Source: Mustelus asterias (lineage: Eukaryota). Taken from it: a stretch of DNA of 64,000 nt. Below are positions 27,401 through 37,600 of the stretch, in pieces. A program made the position numbers and the translations under genes. The notes beneath the pieces are model-generated. The model made no database searches. It was not told where the DNA came from and saw only the letters and a program-made list of their open reading frames with translations. The stretch is taken from positions 53,320,001 through 53,384,000 of the forward strand of contig NC_135817.1 in assembly GCF_964213995.1 (NCBI RefSeq). Direction: 5' to 3'. How positions within the stretch are numbered: the first letter of the stretch is position 1; each line of letters opens with the position of its first letter.

Positions 27401-27924
27401 AACAAATTGGAAGAGAATAAGCTTTTTTTCTTCACCCTCCCTATTTATTTCCTTCATCTACCCAAAGATGATGTAGATTTTGTCTATTAAGTTATCTATG
27501 ACCATTTTTAAGTAGTTAGATATGGACACAGAGAAAGTGACTTACTTCTTATGGTGCTCGATCCAGCTCACTGATTCAGAACTTGGTGGAATAATAATGT
27601 TCAGATTGTAGGTGTGGGACAGAATATAGGACAGTGTTTTATCATATCTTAATGTTTGCCTTCTTAAAAAAGATAAAAGTGCAGTTAGTTTGATATGTGT
27701 TTTCTGACATTAAATTTACTGATATTACTAAGTGTACAGTATTGTGAAAATTTGCTCTTTGCCTTTGATTGGCAGGTGGGTACCAAGGTTGCGGACATGG
27801 ACACAAAGGTCACCCTGGCCAGCCACACTGGTCCTGTTGTGGAAAGTTGACTGAAACTTCGGAATGCTCTGGAACAATAAATGGTAGTTCTTACCAGAGC
27901 CTGGTTAGAACTGTCGCTTTATAA
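4..27924 (+). CDS. TRIM45: TRIM45 (tripartite motif protein 45, RING E3 ligase), complete 6-exon CDS: 4-461, 3362-4098, 15074-15203, 17414-17528, 26819-26945, 27776-27924; 1716 nt = 571 aa + stop
   Basis: All introns are GT-AG with compatible phases (2,1,2,0,1). Domain order is RING-BB1-BB2-CC-filamin-Cys/His tail. C-terminal motifs HCCTFCSS, GCGHGHKGHPG, HWSCCG and RTVAL* match TRIM45. Confidence 0.96.
590..1625 (-). mobile_element. Old L2-type LINE fragment, interrupted by a SINE tail at about 806-950
   Basis: L2-like 3' end (rc tgtgaaacaccttgggacac) and degenerate RT-coding sequence. Confidence 0.5.
1630..2960 (-). mobile_element. Degenerate CR1 LINE fragments
   Basis: QRDLGVLVHETQNVSMQVQ and other CR1 ORF2 motifs on the minus strand. 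Confidence 0.7.
2964..3280 (+). mobile_element. HE1-type tRNA-derived V-SINE (CR1-type tail)
   Basis: A/B box head GGTGGCACAGTGGTTAGCAC, V domain GTGTCTGCGTGGGTTTCC, tail TTCTATGATT. Confidence 0.85.
3362..4098 (+). CDS. TRIM45: TRIM45 exon 2 (B-box 2, coiled coil, start of filamin domain)
   Basis: Acceptor ttcctgtag|; CSAHPTEELRMFCETCDCLVCRDC...HRGH; ends VDPSKCILQGE G|gtaagt. Confidence 0.96.
5620..6125 (-). mobile_element. RTE-clade LINE fragment
   Basis: rc translation RAVVLSTLLYCSETWTL..FEKFHQQCL..ILQIQWED, typical of the RTE C-terminus. Confidence 0.7.
6981..7602. mobile_element. Solo LTR (622 bp) inserted in a CR1 fragment
   Basis: TG...CA termini, near-TSD CAGC/CAGG, CR1 sequence resumes on both sides. 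Confidence 0.65.
7820..9370 (+). mobile_element. Young 5'-truncated CR1 LINE with uninterrupted ORF2 RT/C-terminus (7869-9275)
   Basis: GVPQGSVLGP, KFADD and RPHLEYCVQFWSPH motifs; (TTCTATG)n tail; nested in an older CR1 3' end. Confidence 0.93.
9591..10206 (-). mobile_element. Two tandem HE1-type SINEs (about 9591-9904 and 9909-10206)
   Basis: Two consecutive antisense copies of the V-SINE head, body and tail. Confidence 0.85.
10930..11700 (+). mobile_element. PIF/Harbinger transposon relic with N-terminal transposase remnant (about 11533-11700)
   Basis: Frameshifted QCQRGLKL..IIEICAMMQQDLQP..ALNF..LQRSTGDICG resembles the HARBI1-type transposase N-terminus. Confidence 0.55.
12000..14280 (+). 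mobile_element. Degenerate CR1 LINE (ORF2 with stops) containing a small insertion at 12723-12799
   Basis: ORFs 12808-13452, 13687-13995 and 13998-14189 are CR1 RT pieces; CR1 tail present. Confidence 0.9.
12723..12799 (-). mobile_element. Penelope-like terminal fragment with 10-bp TSD CCGGGGAGGT
   Basis: TSD at 12713-12722 and 12800-12809; same sequence family as 30606-30738 and 51175-51274. Confidence 0.65.
15074..15203 (+). CDS. TRIM45: TRIM45 exon 3 (filamin domain)
   Basis: cattcag|...|gtgagt, 130 nt; GLHVARQDQPSVFVLICNDQSGKQMGRGDESIRVSI. Confidence 0.92.
15563..15636 (+). pseudogene. tRNA-Ile(AAT) pseudogene
   Basis: TGGTGCTAATcACGCCAAGGT..GGGTTtGATtCCCGT.CTGGCCA matches the 3' two-thirds of vertebrate tRNA-Ile-AAT; the 5' acceptor and D arms are degenerate. 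Confidence 0.75.
17414..17528 (+). CDS. TRIM45: TRIM45 exon 4 (filamin domain)
   Basis: ttcatacag|...|gtcagt, 115 nt; LQDNHDGTYCFTYTPRAPGSYVGCVCVKGQHVQ, the filamin DNxDGTY motif. Confidence 0.94.
17576..17702. mobile_element. Harbinger-type MITE (about 127 bp)
   Basis: TIRs GGGCAGGAATTT / AAATTCCAGCC; internal sequence shared with 25278-25405 and 41184-41313. Confidence 0.65.
18420..20100 (-). mobile_element. Degenerate CR1-group non-LTR retrotransposon, interrupted by a MITE at 19538-19884
   Basis: DAQFGFQQSHSAPDLLTALVQ..LDIKAAFDRV RT motifs in ORFs 19019-19285 and 19319-19585. Confidence 0.8.
19594..20389. repeat. 234-bp inverted repeat (19594-19827 / 20156-20389), 7 mismatches
   Basis: Direct comparison of the two arms. 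Confidence 0.95.
21210..21660 (+). mobile_element. CR1 LINE 3' fragment
   Basis: RRMRGDLIE..FFSQRV-type sequence and CTTATGGT tail. Confidence 0.8.
24077..24360 (-). mobile_element. HE1-type V-SINE with alternative (type B) tail
   Basis: V-SINE head plus tail GGCGACTAGGGGATTTTCACAGTAACTTCATTGCAG. Confidence 0.8.
25476..26431 (+). mobile_element. Young 5'-truncated CR1 LINE with open ORF2 C-terminus (292 aa)
   Basis: KFADD motif, open frame to stop at 26353, (TTCTTTG)n tail, candidate TSD TTTATG. Confidence 0.9.
26819..26945 (+). CDS. TRIM45: TRIM45 exon 5
   Basis: ttttccag|...|gtgagt, 127 nt; GSPFTITVTSKFRKHSGIFHCCTFCSSAGQKDVRCGCRGTMP. Confidence 0.95.
27776..27924 (+). CDS. TRIM45: TRIM45 exon 6 (last coding exon)
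   Basis: ggcag| acceptor; GGYQGCGHGHKGHPGQPHWSCCGK...SLVRTVAL then TAA at 27922-27924. Confidence 0.95.
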
Positions 27925-28294
27925 AAATCAAGGCAAGGGAACCACATACCTAAGACTGATGAATGGAAAGTTTACAGTGCAATCATGACTACTCGGCCAA
28001 CCTCACAAAATTCAGGATTACTTAAAGCTTTGCCAATTTAATCACTGTTATAATCTTTCTCATTACAAGGGTGAGGATGGAAATGGAGATGTTCTGATCT
28101 GGTCAATATTGATTACATTGGCAACCCTGTCAAAACAACTAATTTACCAGTTTAAAACTCAAAGAAAAGAAGGTTAAAAGTTCATTGAACCAATGCTTAG
28201 CCAACTATAAAGGACTCCAGTGGAGGAATAACAAAGGAAATAGTAACATGTTTTTGTTGCAGATTTCATAAATGAATACTCTATAGCACAGTGT

Positions 28295-28300
28295 AATAAA
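28295..28300 (+). terminator. Candidate TRIM45 polyadenylation signal
   Basis: First AATAAA seen after the stop codon, about 370 nt downstream. Confidence 0.45.
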
Positions 28301-28909
28301 GTTTTAAAAAAGGATCTAGTGTAGTGGAATTAAATTTGTACTAGAGGCACTGACGCATTTTAGTGTTATAATACATTGAAAAATAATTTCCAAACTAATT
28401 GAGGTGGAATGATCAATATATTGCAGAGAGAAATTCGTGTGAACTACCATTTTGGAATTAAATATACCTTGGTGATAGCAAACAGCAGATCCAATTGAAC
28501 TTAATTACATTCAGAACTTTTCCTACTAAAATGGTGCTTGACCCTTGATGCTAAAAATATGGAGAAGGGTAATCTGAAATGGAGCTGACTTTGTATATGC
28601 TATTTGGGGAATATATACAAAGTTGTTGGCTTGTATTTTGTATATTAACGTGTTTCAAACTTGCCTAATGTAGATATTCACATTTTGCCTAAATATTCTT
28701 AAATACTGTGGATCTGTATTGAATGGATGTTTAGACCAACCTCAATACTGATGTCAAAAATAACTCAATTTTATAACTTTCAAATAATAATGTGCAAATA
28801 TATGGTATATATTTGACATACTATTTTTGTTCCAATTTCAAAATATTCATCAAAATTTATTTTGATGCACTACATCTGAAACAGTGAATTTTGAGTGCCG
28901 GATTTTAAG

Positions 28910-29270
28910 GGGAAGTGGTGGTGTTGTGGTATTGTCACTGGGCTAGTAATCAAAGACTTAGCACAATGAACTTGGGACCCAAGTTTGAATCCCACCATGA
29001 CGAATAGTGAAATTTGAATTCAATAAAAAAATGGGAATTAAAAGCCTAATGTTGACCATAAAATCATTATCGATTGTCGTAAAAACCCATCCGATTCACT
29101 AATGTCCTTCAGGGAAGGAAATGTGCAATTCTTACCTTGTCTGGCCTAAATGTGACTCCAGAGCCACAGCAATTAGTTGGCTATTAAATGGCCTCGCAAG
29201 TCACTTCAAGTCAATTAAGGATGGGCAATAAATGCTGACCCAAGCAGCGACGGCCGCATCCCATTAATAA
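28910..29270 (+). mobile_element. tRNA-related SINE sharing its 3' tail with the LINE at 18420-20100
   Basis: Degenerate A/B boxes; tail CAATTAAGGATGGGCAATAAATGCTG; antisense relatives at about 17750-18110 and 24900-25460. Confidence 0.65.
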
Positions 29271-30423
29271 GAAAAATTTGAGTATCTTGATGTATTTTTT
29301 ACAATGATTTATGTAGTTCACATTTTTAAACTCAGTGTCACTTTTGTTCAATTTCAAAACTAATTTACCGTCCTTCAGTTGCTGGCATCTAATTTTTGCA
29401 AGTTGTGGTACTTCAGCCCTGTTGCATCTCATTTTTCAATTCCTGAGTGTTTTTCTCTCACTCAGGAGATTAAATACAATTTTATGATAAGTATTTTAAA
29501 TTCCTAAATGTATTTTCTCTCACTCAGTAGATTAAATAAAATCTTAGGCTAAATACTCCTCGTCTAAATGAGTCCTTGAATGATGTGGAATGTTATTTAC
29601 ATTGCGCAACTTTTTGCAGGAGGGTGGAAACTGAAGATCCTGCTTCCTTCCTGACACCCTCCAACTAAATCCAAGCAGGGAAGGCTTGCCCTATCTCTGG
29701 AGAATACATCAGCGACTCCCTGGGAATGACTGCTGTCAGTGGTGCTGCTGGTACAGCAGAGTTGCTAGCCTCTGGCTGGCAGCTCTTGGGGTGGGCTCTC
29801 TGCCTAAAATGACAGTGCGGCAATTAAATGGTCCCTGGGAACCTGGAACCCAGACGGCATGGTTCCCACTGCCAATTAGGAACTTTATTCCATTAGGGCT
29901 CCTGGAGATCGGGCTGGCATGAACGCCACTGGATTCCATATCATAATATTGGACCTCCACTGTCCACATTACATTCTGCTCTTTTGTGTGAGACATCCTC
30001 GAGAAATTGTCTACACATTTTAAATCAACCTTTCTTACCAATACAACAAGCTGTTTAGGTATACATTTCTTTTTGCAATATCTCTGCTAAATCTAAATAT
30101 TTTGATTAATTAAGGCTGTGGGCTAATGCATAAAATTGGCTCTTTCTAACCTGAAGCAATTTCATGTGTCTCATTGAAGTGCTGGACTCTTTCGAAAACC
30201 TGTTGGGCTTTTCTCTATAAGCATTTTTGTGATTCTTTTATCCTATAATATTCATCAGACTTTAAAAGATTGAATTAATAAAACTTATTTTAACGTATTA
30301 ATCTTCATCCTTCTGATTTCTGTGTTGCGTTTGCATCTGACGTGCCTATTTCCCATGTGTGAAAAATGTATGAAATATTCAAAACCATAATCATCACCAC
30401 TTGTTAAAGGACTTGAGTTTGAT

Positions 30424-30820
30424 GAAATCATGGAATTCCTACAGTACAGAAGGAGGCCATTCGGTCCATCAAGTCTGTACTAACCACATCCCACTCAGAT
30501 CCTACTTCCATAACCCCACATATTTGCCTTTCTAATTCCCGACACTGGGGTCAACTTAGCATTGCCAATCAACCTAACCCATACATCTTTGGACTGTGGG
30601 AGGAATGATGTGGATATGCCCTGTTTGTGAACAGAATTCCCACTCACCTGAAGAAGGGGCTTGGGGCTCCAAAAGCTTGTGTGGCTTTTGCTACCAAATA
30701 AACCTGTTGGACTTTAACCTGGTGTTGTTAAACTTCTTACTGTGGGAGGAAACCAGGGTATCTGGAGGAAACCCACGTAGACACGGAGAGAAAGTGCAAA
30801 CTCCACACGGGCAGTGACAG
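30424..30820 (-). mobile_element. HE1-type SINE interrupted by a Penelope-like fragment (30606-30738, 13-bp TSD ACTGTGGGAGGAA)
   Basis: TSD at 30593-30605 and 30739-30751; SINE is continuous across the insertion. Confidence 0.8.
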
Positions 30821-31368
30821 TGATCGGTTGCATTCATGCTTCATATTATTAGATGAGAGTGCTGTTACAGAGTGGGGAACTAACATGAACAATATATGAT
30901 AAAACTTAACCAAATTCAATTTCAGCAACTAGTGAAACTGCCAAATATTCATTCAACATTGCAATCCACATTACTGTATTGTGATTGGTTATCTTCTGTA
31001 ATGATCATGACCTTTGCCTGGTCTGGGAGAGTCGATAGGCTATCATATTCAATAAGATATTGGTATATTGATACTGTCAAATCCAAATTCATCCAGCTTT
31101 TTAAAGGACTTAGTTTGTTTAGCACTTGGGAAAATATTTATCAGCTTACAATGTAACAGCTATGTTTGACCATGTCTTGGCACATTCCATAGGTGGAATA
31201 TTATGGCCCTTTCACAACGGGGGTAAAGGTGTAAAATGCATTGACTTTGCAGGACTGGAGAATCACACCAGCCGGAAGGGCTGTAAAATTTTGCCCAATG
31301 TCTCTAAACATTAATCACTTTGAGAAATAAATGCTATCTATCCTGTTGTTCCTCTGGGTAAGGATAAA

Positions 31369-31766
31369 TTAAGTTTATTTATTAGTCACAAGTACATTCA
31401 CACTGCAATGAAGTTACTGTGAAAATCCCCTAGTCACCACACTCCGGCACCTGTTCAGGTACACTAAGGGAGAATTTAGCAAGGCACAGTGGTTAACACT
31501 GCTGCCTCATAGCACCAGGGACCCGGGTTCGATTCCCGGGTTGGGTCACTGTATGCATGGAGTTTGCACATTCTCCCTGTGTCTGCGTGGGTTTCCTCCA
31601 GGTTCTCTGGTTTCCTCCCACAGTCCAAAGGTTAGGTGAATTGACCATGCTCAATTCTCCCTTAATGTACCCGAACAGGTGCCGGCGTGTGGCGACTAGG
31701 GGACTTTCACAATAACCTCATTACAGTGTGAATGTAAACCTACTTGTGACTAATAAATAAACTTAA
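31369..31766 (+). mobile_element. Type-B V-SINE preceded by an inverted copy of its own tail
   Basis: Arms 31369-31481 and 31648-31766 are reverse complements. Confidence 0.85.
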
Positions 31767-32064
31767 CTTGGCCATTATCAAACCTTTCATTCTTCTCTTT
31801 CTCTGCAAATTATAAAGGACAGCTCCAGATGTTTCTAGGCCTCTAGTCACACATACTCATCCTTATGTTGAGTGTTAGTAAGAGCAGAAAGGAGACAATT
31901 TTTGATGCCACCTTGTTTACCATCTCCTGTTGTGAATTCATCCTTCGTTTAGTGAATAGGCACAAATCACACATCTGGCACTTCAGCGGGAAACAAACTG
32001 CAGTTAGCTAAATTTGGAACTGATATTCCTCTTTATAATTGCACCATGTAATTTTCTACTTCCA

Positions 32065-32240
32065 CTTGAGAGGACAGATGCAATTTGAGTTTAATGAATC
32101 ACCTATGGACATCATATTTGACAGTGCATTCAATACTGCAGTGAAAGATCAGTCCAGTTTGTGCAAAGGTTTCTGGAGTAGAACATGAGCTTGCAACCTT
32201 CTGACTCAGAGATGGAAGTGCTTTGAGTCCACGCTAACAT
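32065..32240 (-). mobile_element. Old SacSINE1/DeuSINE-like SINE fragment
   Basis: CAACCTTCTGACTCAGAG..AGTGC head and GACAGTGCA..ACTGCA segment resemble the recalled consensus. Confidence 0.45.
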
Positions 32241-32860
32241 CGCCAAGAAAATGTTTGAGAAGTTCCACATCAACGTGCAGGCTTGGAGCCAATCTCCAAG
32301 AATGTTCAGCAAGTAACTGCTGTGAATCTTGGGTTTACAGTTGTCTTTTATGTTTGCATTTCAAAAGTAAAATCTTCCTTGCAGCCAATAATGGAACAAA
32401 TGATAACTTTATTGGTGTTGGCTACAGATCATCAGCCTATAATTGGCCAGTGACTCACCAGCAACTCATTTCAATGGAAGCACAAGACTGCAGCTTAGGA
32501 GGAACTGGGGAAACAGAATTGAGCATCGCAAAAATCCACAGCTTCCCTGCTAAAGTGGTCGCTGTGCCTCGGGTCTTTTGAGATCTGATGGAATCAATTT
32601 GTTGCTCAATTGGGTTACAGATCCAGGGCCCATTGGAATAGCAAAACTATTCAAATTCACCTGCCTGAGACACTACCGTTGTTTCAGACACCAGGAGATG
32701 TTGCAACTCTCCCTTACCCCTCAAACCATGCCAGTGCAACATTGAAGAGGGGCTCAGGCTTCCAAGAAGCAAGCACCAGAAGTTCTACCAGTTGAACATC
32801 CCTGAGAGATGAGGGTCATTTCAGTCCTGTGATATTTTTATAGAGCATAAGCAATTAATC

Positions 32861-33113
32861 ACTTCCTGTGCTTTACACCCTCAGGTTGTACCTGGGGAAA
32901 AGAAACATGGCATTAGCTTAAAAAAAGAAACCCACTCGCACTCTGGGAAAAGATGGTGCAAGAACAATTAGTTTTATATGGGTCACTTTGAAGTTCACTA
33001 ACTGTACAATGCTTAGATCCATAGGGTTAATATCATAGAGGAAAATGTGAAAGTAGTCTGATTCTGAGAAGTTCATAAAATTAAGAAGGTGCTTTAATAA
33101 GAATTTCCAGGAA
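32861..33113. promoter_or_regulatory. Candidate upstream enhancer: ETS ACTTCCTG plus two GAS sites (33062-33070, 33105-33113)
   Basis: Motif cluster in non-repeat DNA about 1.5 kb upstream of the Ig gene. Confidence 0.35.
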
Positions 33114-34503
33114 TCTGTATCTCCAGATTTATCTGTCAGCTCAGTTCCCTCTGTATCAACTGATTCTGACAACTGCTGCACCCCTCCATTCATAGTCTAA
33201 ATTACCGAGTGCATGAGCAGAAAACTCCTAGCTGTGTTGTCACTGGCTCTCACTCTGACATACACAAAGACTGTGAAAACATTCAGAGGGGAAAGCATTT
33301 TGAAGGTACTAAAGCAGGAGAAACAAATTACATTTTTCCCAAATAGTTTATACATCATTATTGTACTTCTTCATTTCTTCTCTTCCAAGCAGACATCTGT
33401 TGTCCCCGTTTGCTTTTGCTTTGTTCATGAGTACAGGTGCTTGTCTTTTTCAGTTGTACTCCTTGATTGAATTTTGGGTTGGAACCTAACCTCAACCTCC
33501 TGATGTAACACGACAACAGTGTTCCTTTTGAAGGCTCCTTTGGGTCTGTCATTCAAGCACAATTATTCATTAAATAGGAGTTCGGCACAGTCTTCAAATT
33601 GTTGCTTCATACTGTTGGCCTTCAGCATCATGTTCAGCAAATGACCATTTAATGGCTTTGGAGTCTTCCTGAATATGTGTTCTTACACTTACTTTACAAT
33701 AACGAAACTGCAGCAAGAGGTCACATTACAACCTTTAGCAAACGTTTGCCTTGCTTATACTGAGATCAATCCCCTTTGTAGAACTGCGGTATCACAAATA
33801 CTAGTTGACCAGCACAGAAGGCAGCCAATTAATCCATAATGTCTCTGCTATCTCTTAGCTAAAACATTCCAAAACAAAAGCATTCCAAAACTAACACAAA
33901 GCAAAATTCAGTGGGTTCTGGAAACTTTTCAAACTGATTACGGGAAAGTTAACTCTGTTTCTCTCTGTTAGATGCTGTCTGACCTGTTAAGAATTTCCAA
34001 CATTTTCTATTTATGTTCCTCCGTTTCAAAACTTGATCCAATTTTCTTTTAAAAGATGCAATTAGTCCCTATGACTAAACATTCCTGACTCTTAACAATG
34101 TGATGTATAAAGATACCTCTCTTAATCTGTCCTAATCTCTCCTCATTCTCTTAGTGGCCATTTTAGATTGACTTATTTTGATTCTCCAAGGTGGGAGATA
34201 CTCGTTTTCCTATTTGCTGCATTAAACCTTAATAACACGGAAGAAAATACCCATGGAAACAATCCCAGTAACATTCTATAGATCAAGTCAGATAGAGAGC
34301 TTCTCATCAATAACTGATCTCTTAGAATTCCAGAAAGGATAAAAATGCCAGTTTCTCAAAATAAATTAATGACTTGATTCTCTTATTATCAACATATTTC
34401 AGGACACTTGCAAATTTTTTTCCAACACTCAGAAATTCACAGAAAAAATGCATTATGTGATGGATCTTTCAAACGAGAAACTAGTTTCACTAAAGTGAGG
34501 CAT

Positions 34504-34559
34504 TTCTGAGAACAAATGTAGCAAAGGAAAAGCGTTTTCTAACAAAAAAGGAAGTGAAA
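34504..34559 (+). promoter_or_regulatory. Proximal promoter motifs of Ig receptor: GAS/STAT5 site TTCTGAGAA (34504-34512) and ETS-IRF composite GGAAGTGAAA (34550-34559)
   Basis: Exact consensus matches 70-125 nt upstream of the ATG. Confidence 0.55.
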
Positions 34560-34626
34560 TTGCTGCTACAGTTAATTTAGTGCAGCAAAAAGATCTGTTT
34601 ATTCATACCATCAGTAGTGATAACGC

Positions 34627-34660
34627 ATGATGCTTGCTACATTGCTTTTGTTTGCAGCCT
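34627..34660 (+). CDS. Ig receptor exon 1 (signal peptide MMLATLLLFAA)
   Basis: Hydrophobic leader, phase-1 donor T|gtaagt, 129-nt intron to the V exon. Confidence 0.85.
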
Positions 34661-37600
34661 GTAAGTATATTGATTCTAGATATAAGTAATGTATCGAAGT
34701 AATCACTCAATATTGTGGCAGATTTACTATAACTTGCATTGAAACTTTGAAACTATCTTCAACACTTTAATGAGCTTGTATTGTAATAGGTGTTGCTGTT
34801 GGATCAAAGCGACTACAATCACCCCCCGCACTCTGGCTGCAGGAAGGCCAGATTGCCCATTTCAAATGCATTCTACAGGATGAAGGCAAGGCAGTAAATG
34901 GCAGTATCTATTGGCATTACGTTAAAGTGATATTTGGTGATACACATGTGAGAAATATCAGTGCTGAGTTGGAAGACGATCGTATCATTGTGTCCAGGGT
35001 GAACATAACTTATTTCTACAGCAAACTGAGAATTAAGGACCTTCACATTAGTGACACAGGGATGTATTATTGTAACATCCTTATTCACAAAGGTTCACTT
35101 TCAAGGAAGATCATGGGCTCTGGGAGTCATCTAATTGTTCAAGGTAAGGGAAGATATCTTGATGAAACTTTGTTGTTTGGATTAGGCATTAGATTAGCTG
35201 TTAAGGAGACACATGTTGTTGGACCATGTTTGTAATTTTCATGTATGAATGGCCTGGCATGCAATGTCTATGGTCTACCCATTAGTAACAGACTGTGAAT
35301 CCAGTCAGTGCCCCTTCAGGGTATCGTTAGAGGCTGCCCCACAAACAGTGTGGAAGGTCTTTTCACACTGTAGCACTTCCTTCCACCTGGACATTACTTC
35401 TGTAACATATTCCAGGTAATTTCCACCATTCTGCCATTGTTCATTAGAGTTTATCCTCTATCTCTCAGCTTTGAGTTTAACTAATAGCTTTTTCTATGGA
35501 GTTAACACATATAATCAAATATAAATAGCTGCAGAAATGGTGAGAGCAGTAACACCAGTGAGATGTATATAGACAAGTTGGTATTTTTGGAAAGTTATTT
35601 TAAATGTAATCTGCAGTTATGTATAGTTACTTTTTGGAAAGTTGATCACATTAAAACATAATAACAGCAGCAAATATCATTTGGTTTAAACTGCCCATTC
35701 CTTAAACTGAGATGTACACAATAAGTCCCAGATTGTAGAATGCTTGCAGCTGTACAGAAAGCCCTCGTTCTGCTCTCTGCAAGAGCAAATCAGATGGTCC
35801 CAGTCGTCTGTTCTTTCCTGGTATCTTTGCAAATTGTTTTCCCTTCAGGTACCTATTGAGTTCCCTTTCAAAAACCAGGATTGAATATGCCTCCGTAAAC
35901 CTTTCAGGAAGTGCATTCCAGACCCTAGTCACTAAGTCATGTCACTGATGCTTCTTTAGCCATTCACCTTAAATTGGTGTCCTAAACTATCCTGCTGTAA
36001 ATTCCAGCTTCTAAATTTGCCCCTTCTCCCTTTTTGCAGGATACTATAGGGGCATAGCGAGACACTGCCAGAGCTGACAATTTAACAGATCTTCTTTGAT
36101 AACAGCACATCGTGCTGGCCCACAATAACATTACCCTTGTCCCTATGATAATCCCCATCCTGATTATTTCCCACCAGTTAGTTGGGCGATTTCCTACTGT
36201 TCTTGGAACAAATACATATCACCAATGGTGTAATCCTGGTTGTTTCAATCTGGTGGCAGTCTGGGTTCACCTGTATCCGTCCCTTATGGATCTTTTCTTT
36301 GGAGTGCCTGACATATTCATGGACAAATTCCATAGCCTCCCACATGGCCTGTCAGACCACTTCCCCCAATGTCTCATCAACATACAATGAGTCATCCCAC
36401 CAGGCATCAAGCATGGAACCTCTTGTTTTTCCAGGAAGAGGGAACTCTCCCACAGTCAATGAGTCTGTCGTTGGCAGACAAAGCTGCGATTGCTTTCACA
36501 AAGTAAAGCCCCAGAAATTATTTCTGTCTCCAGTGTGATCATGCACCATTGTGTGGGGCCCACTTGTACCATTTTAAATGCTTCCTTCAATGGTAAGATG
36601 GGAAGATGTTCCCTCGAGGCTCAAGGGTCCAACAGGCACACTATGTAATGTTCTGATTCTGAACAGCATTCTGCCGTGCTCAAATGTGCCTGGTCCTCCT
36701 TATGGGTCATAAATCCTTTAGACCTGGCTCGGTGAAGCCAGCCCCCTTCTTCTGTCCCTAGTGATTTAAATCCATAACTGTCCTTGAAAACCCTGTTGGA
36801 AATATTCTCCTCTGGGACCACCAAAATAAATTTTGTAGCCCCCTTCACTGGACTTCCACTCGGTCGAGTGATCACTAATTCACGTTTGTCTTGGTGAGTG
36901 TTAAGAAAGTTTATTTTGTACAGGGAGGCAAATGTTGGGGAATAGTTCCAAATCTGAAATCTTCAATGTCAGACCTAACTTCATCTATCAGATCTCTGAA
37001 GAGATTATCACATGCCCACCTTTTGATTTGGGCCTCAGTCTTTGGAATTATTCCTTCAGTTAGGTGATTAAATGTTTTTAAGAGTCTCTCACCCTGCAGA
37101 TCTTACCTGTAGGTCAGTGCATACACGGTTCCATAGGGGAAGGTCTTACTATCAAGCCCCATGGGGTGGTGGGACGAGCTGGTAAGATCGCGCCAAGAAA
37201 TTAGGTTCGTGCCTGATTTCTCGCCTTTCGTGATCTTACCGGCACTAGATATCTGGCAAGATCAGTCTCACCCCCATATCCAGCGCAAGGCTGATTAAAT
37301 TATTTTAATTGAATTTTAATATAATTTAAATGTAATTAGTGAGCCCGGGACTTTATCGTCTGGGCTCACTTGTCTCTATGGCCTTGCTGGATGAGGTTCT
37401 CTCTGGTGAGAGTCACAGCTGATCCCCAGCAAAGGGAACCAGATGTGATGGCCTCGCCGGTAGAACTGAAGGCCGTTGAGGACCCCCTGGGAGGTCAGCA
37501 GTCAGAGGGTGATATCCTTTGGACTGTGCCAACCTGGCATCCTGGCACTGCCCAATAGGCACTGGGCTGTGCCAAGGATGTGGGGCCAGACTGGGACGGG

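Noticed and set aside
29450-29545. Short direct repeat TTTTCTCTCACTCAG.AGATTAAATA present twice
   Set aside because: Only two copies, consistent with a local tandem duplication; not an array or CRISPR-like structure.
34790-35143. Rearranging Ig/TCR V segment, or CD28/CTLA4/PD-1
   Set aside because: No RSS heptamer follows YYC, the J strand is in the same exon, no C domain was found, and there is no MYPPP-type motif or ITIM/ITSM tail.
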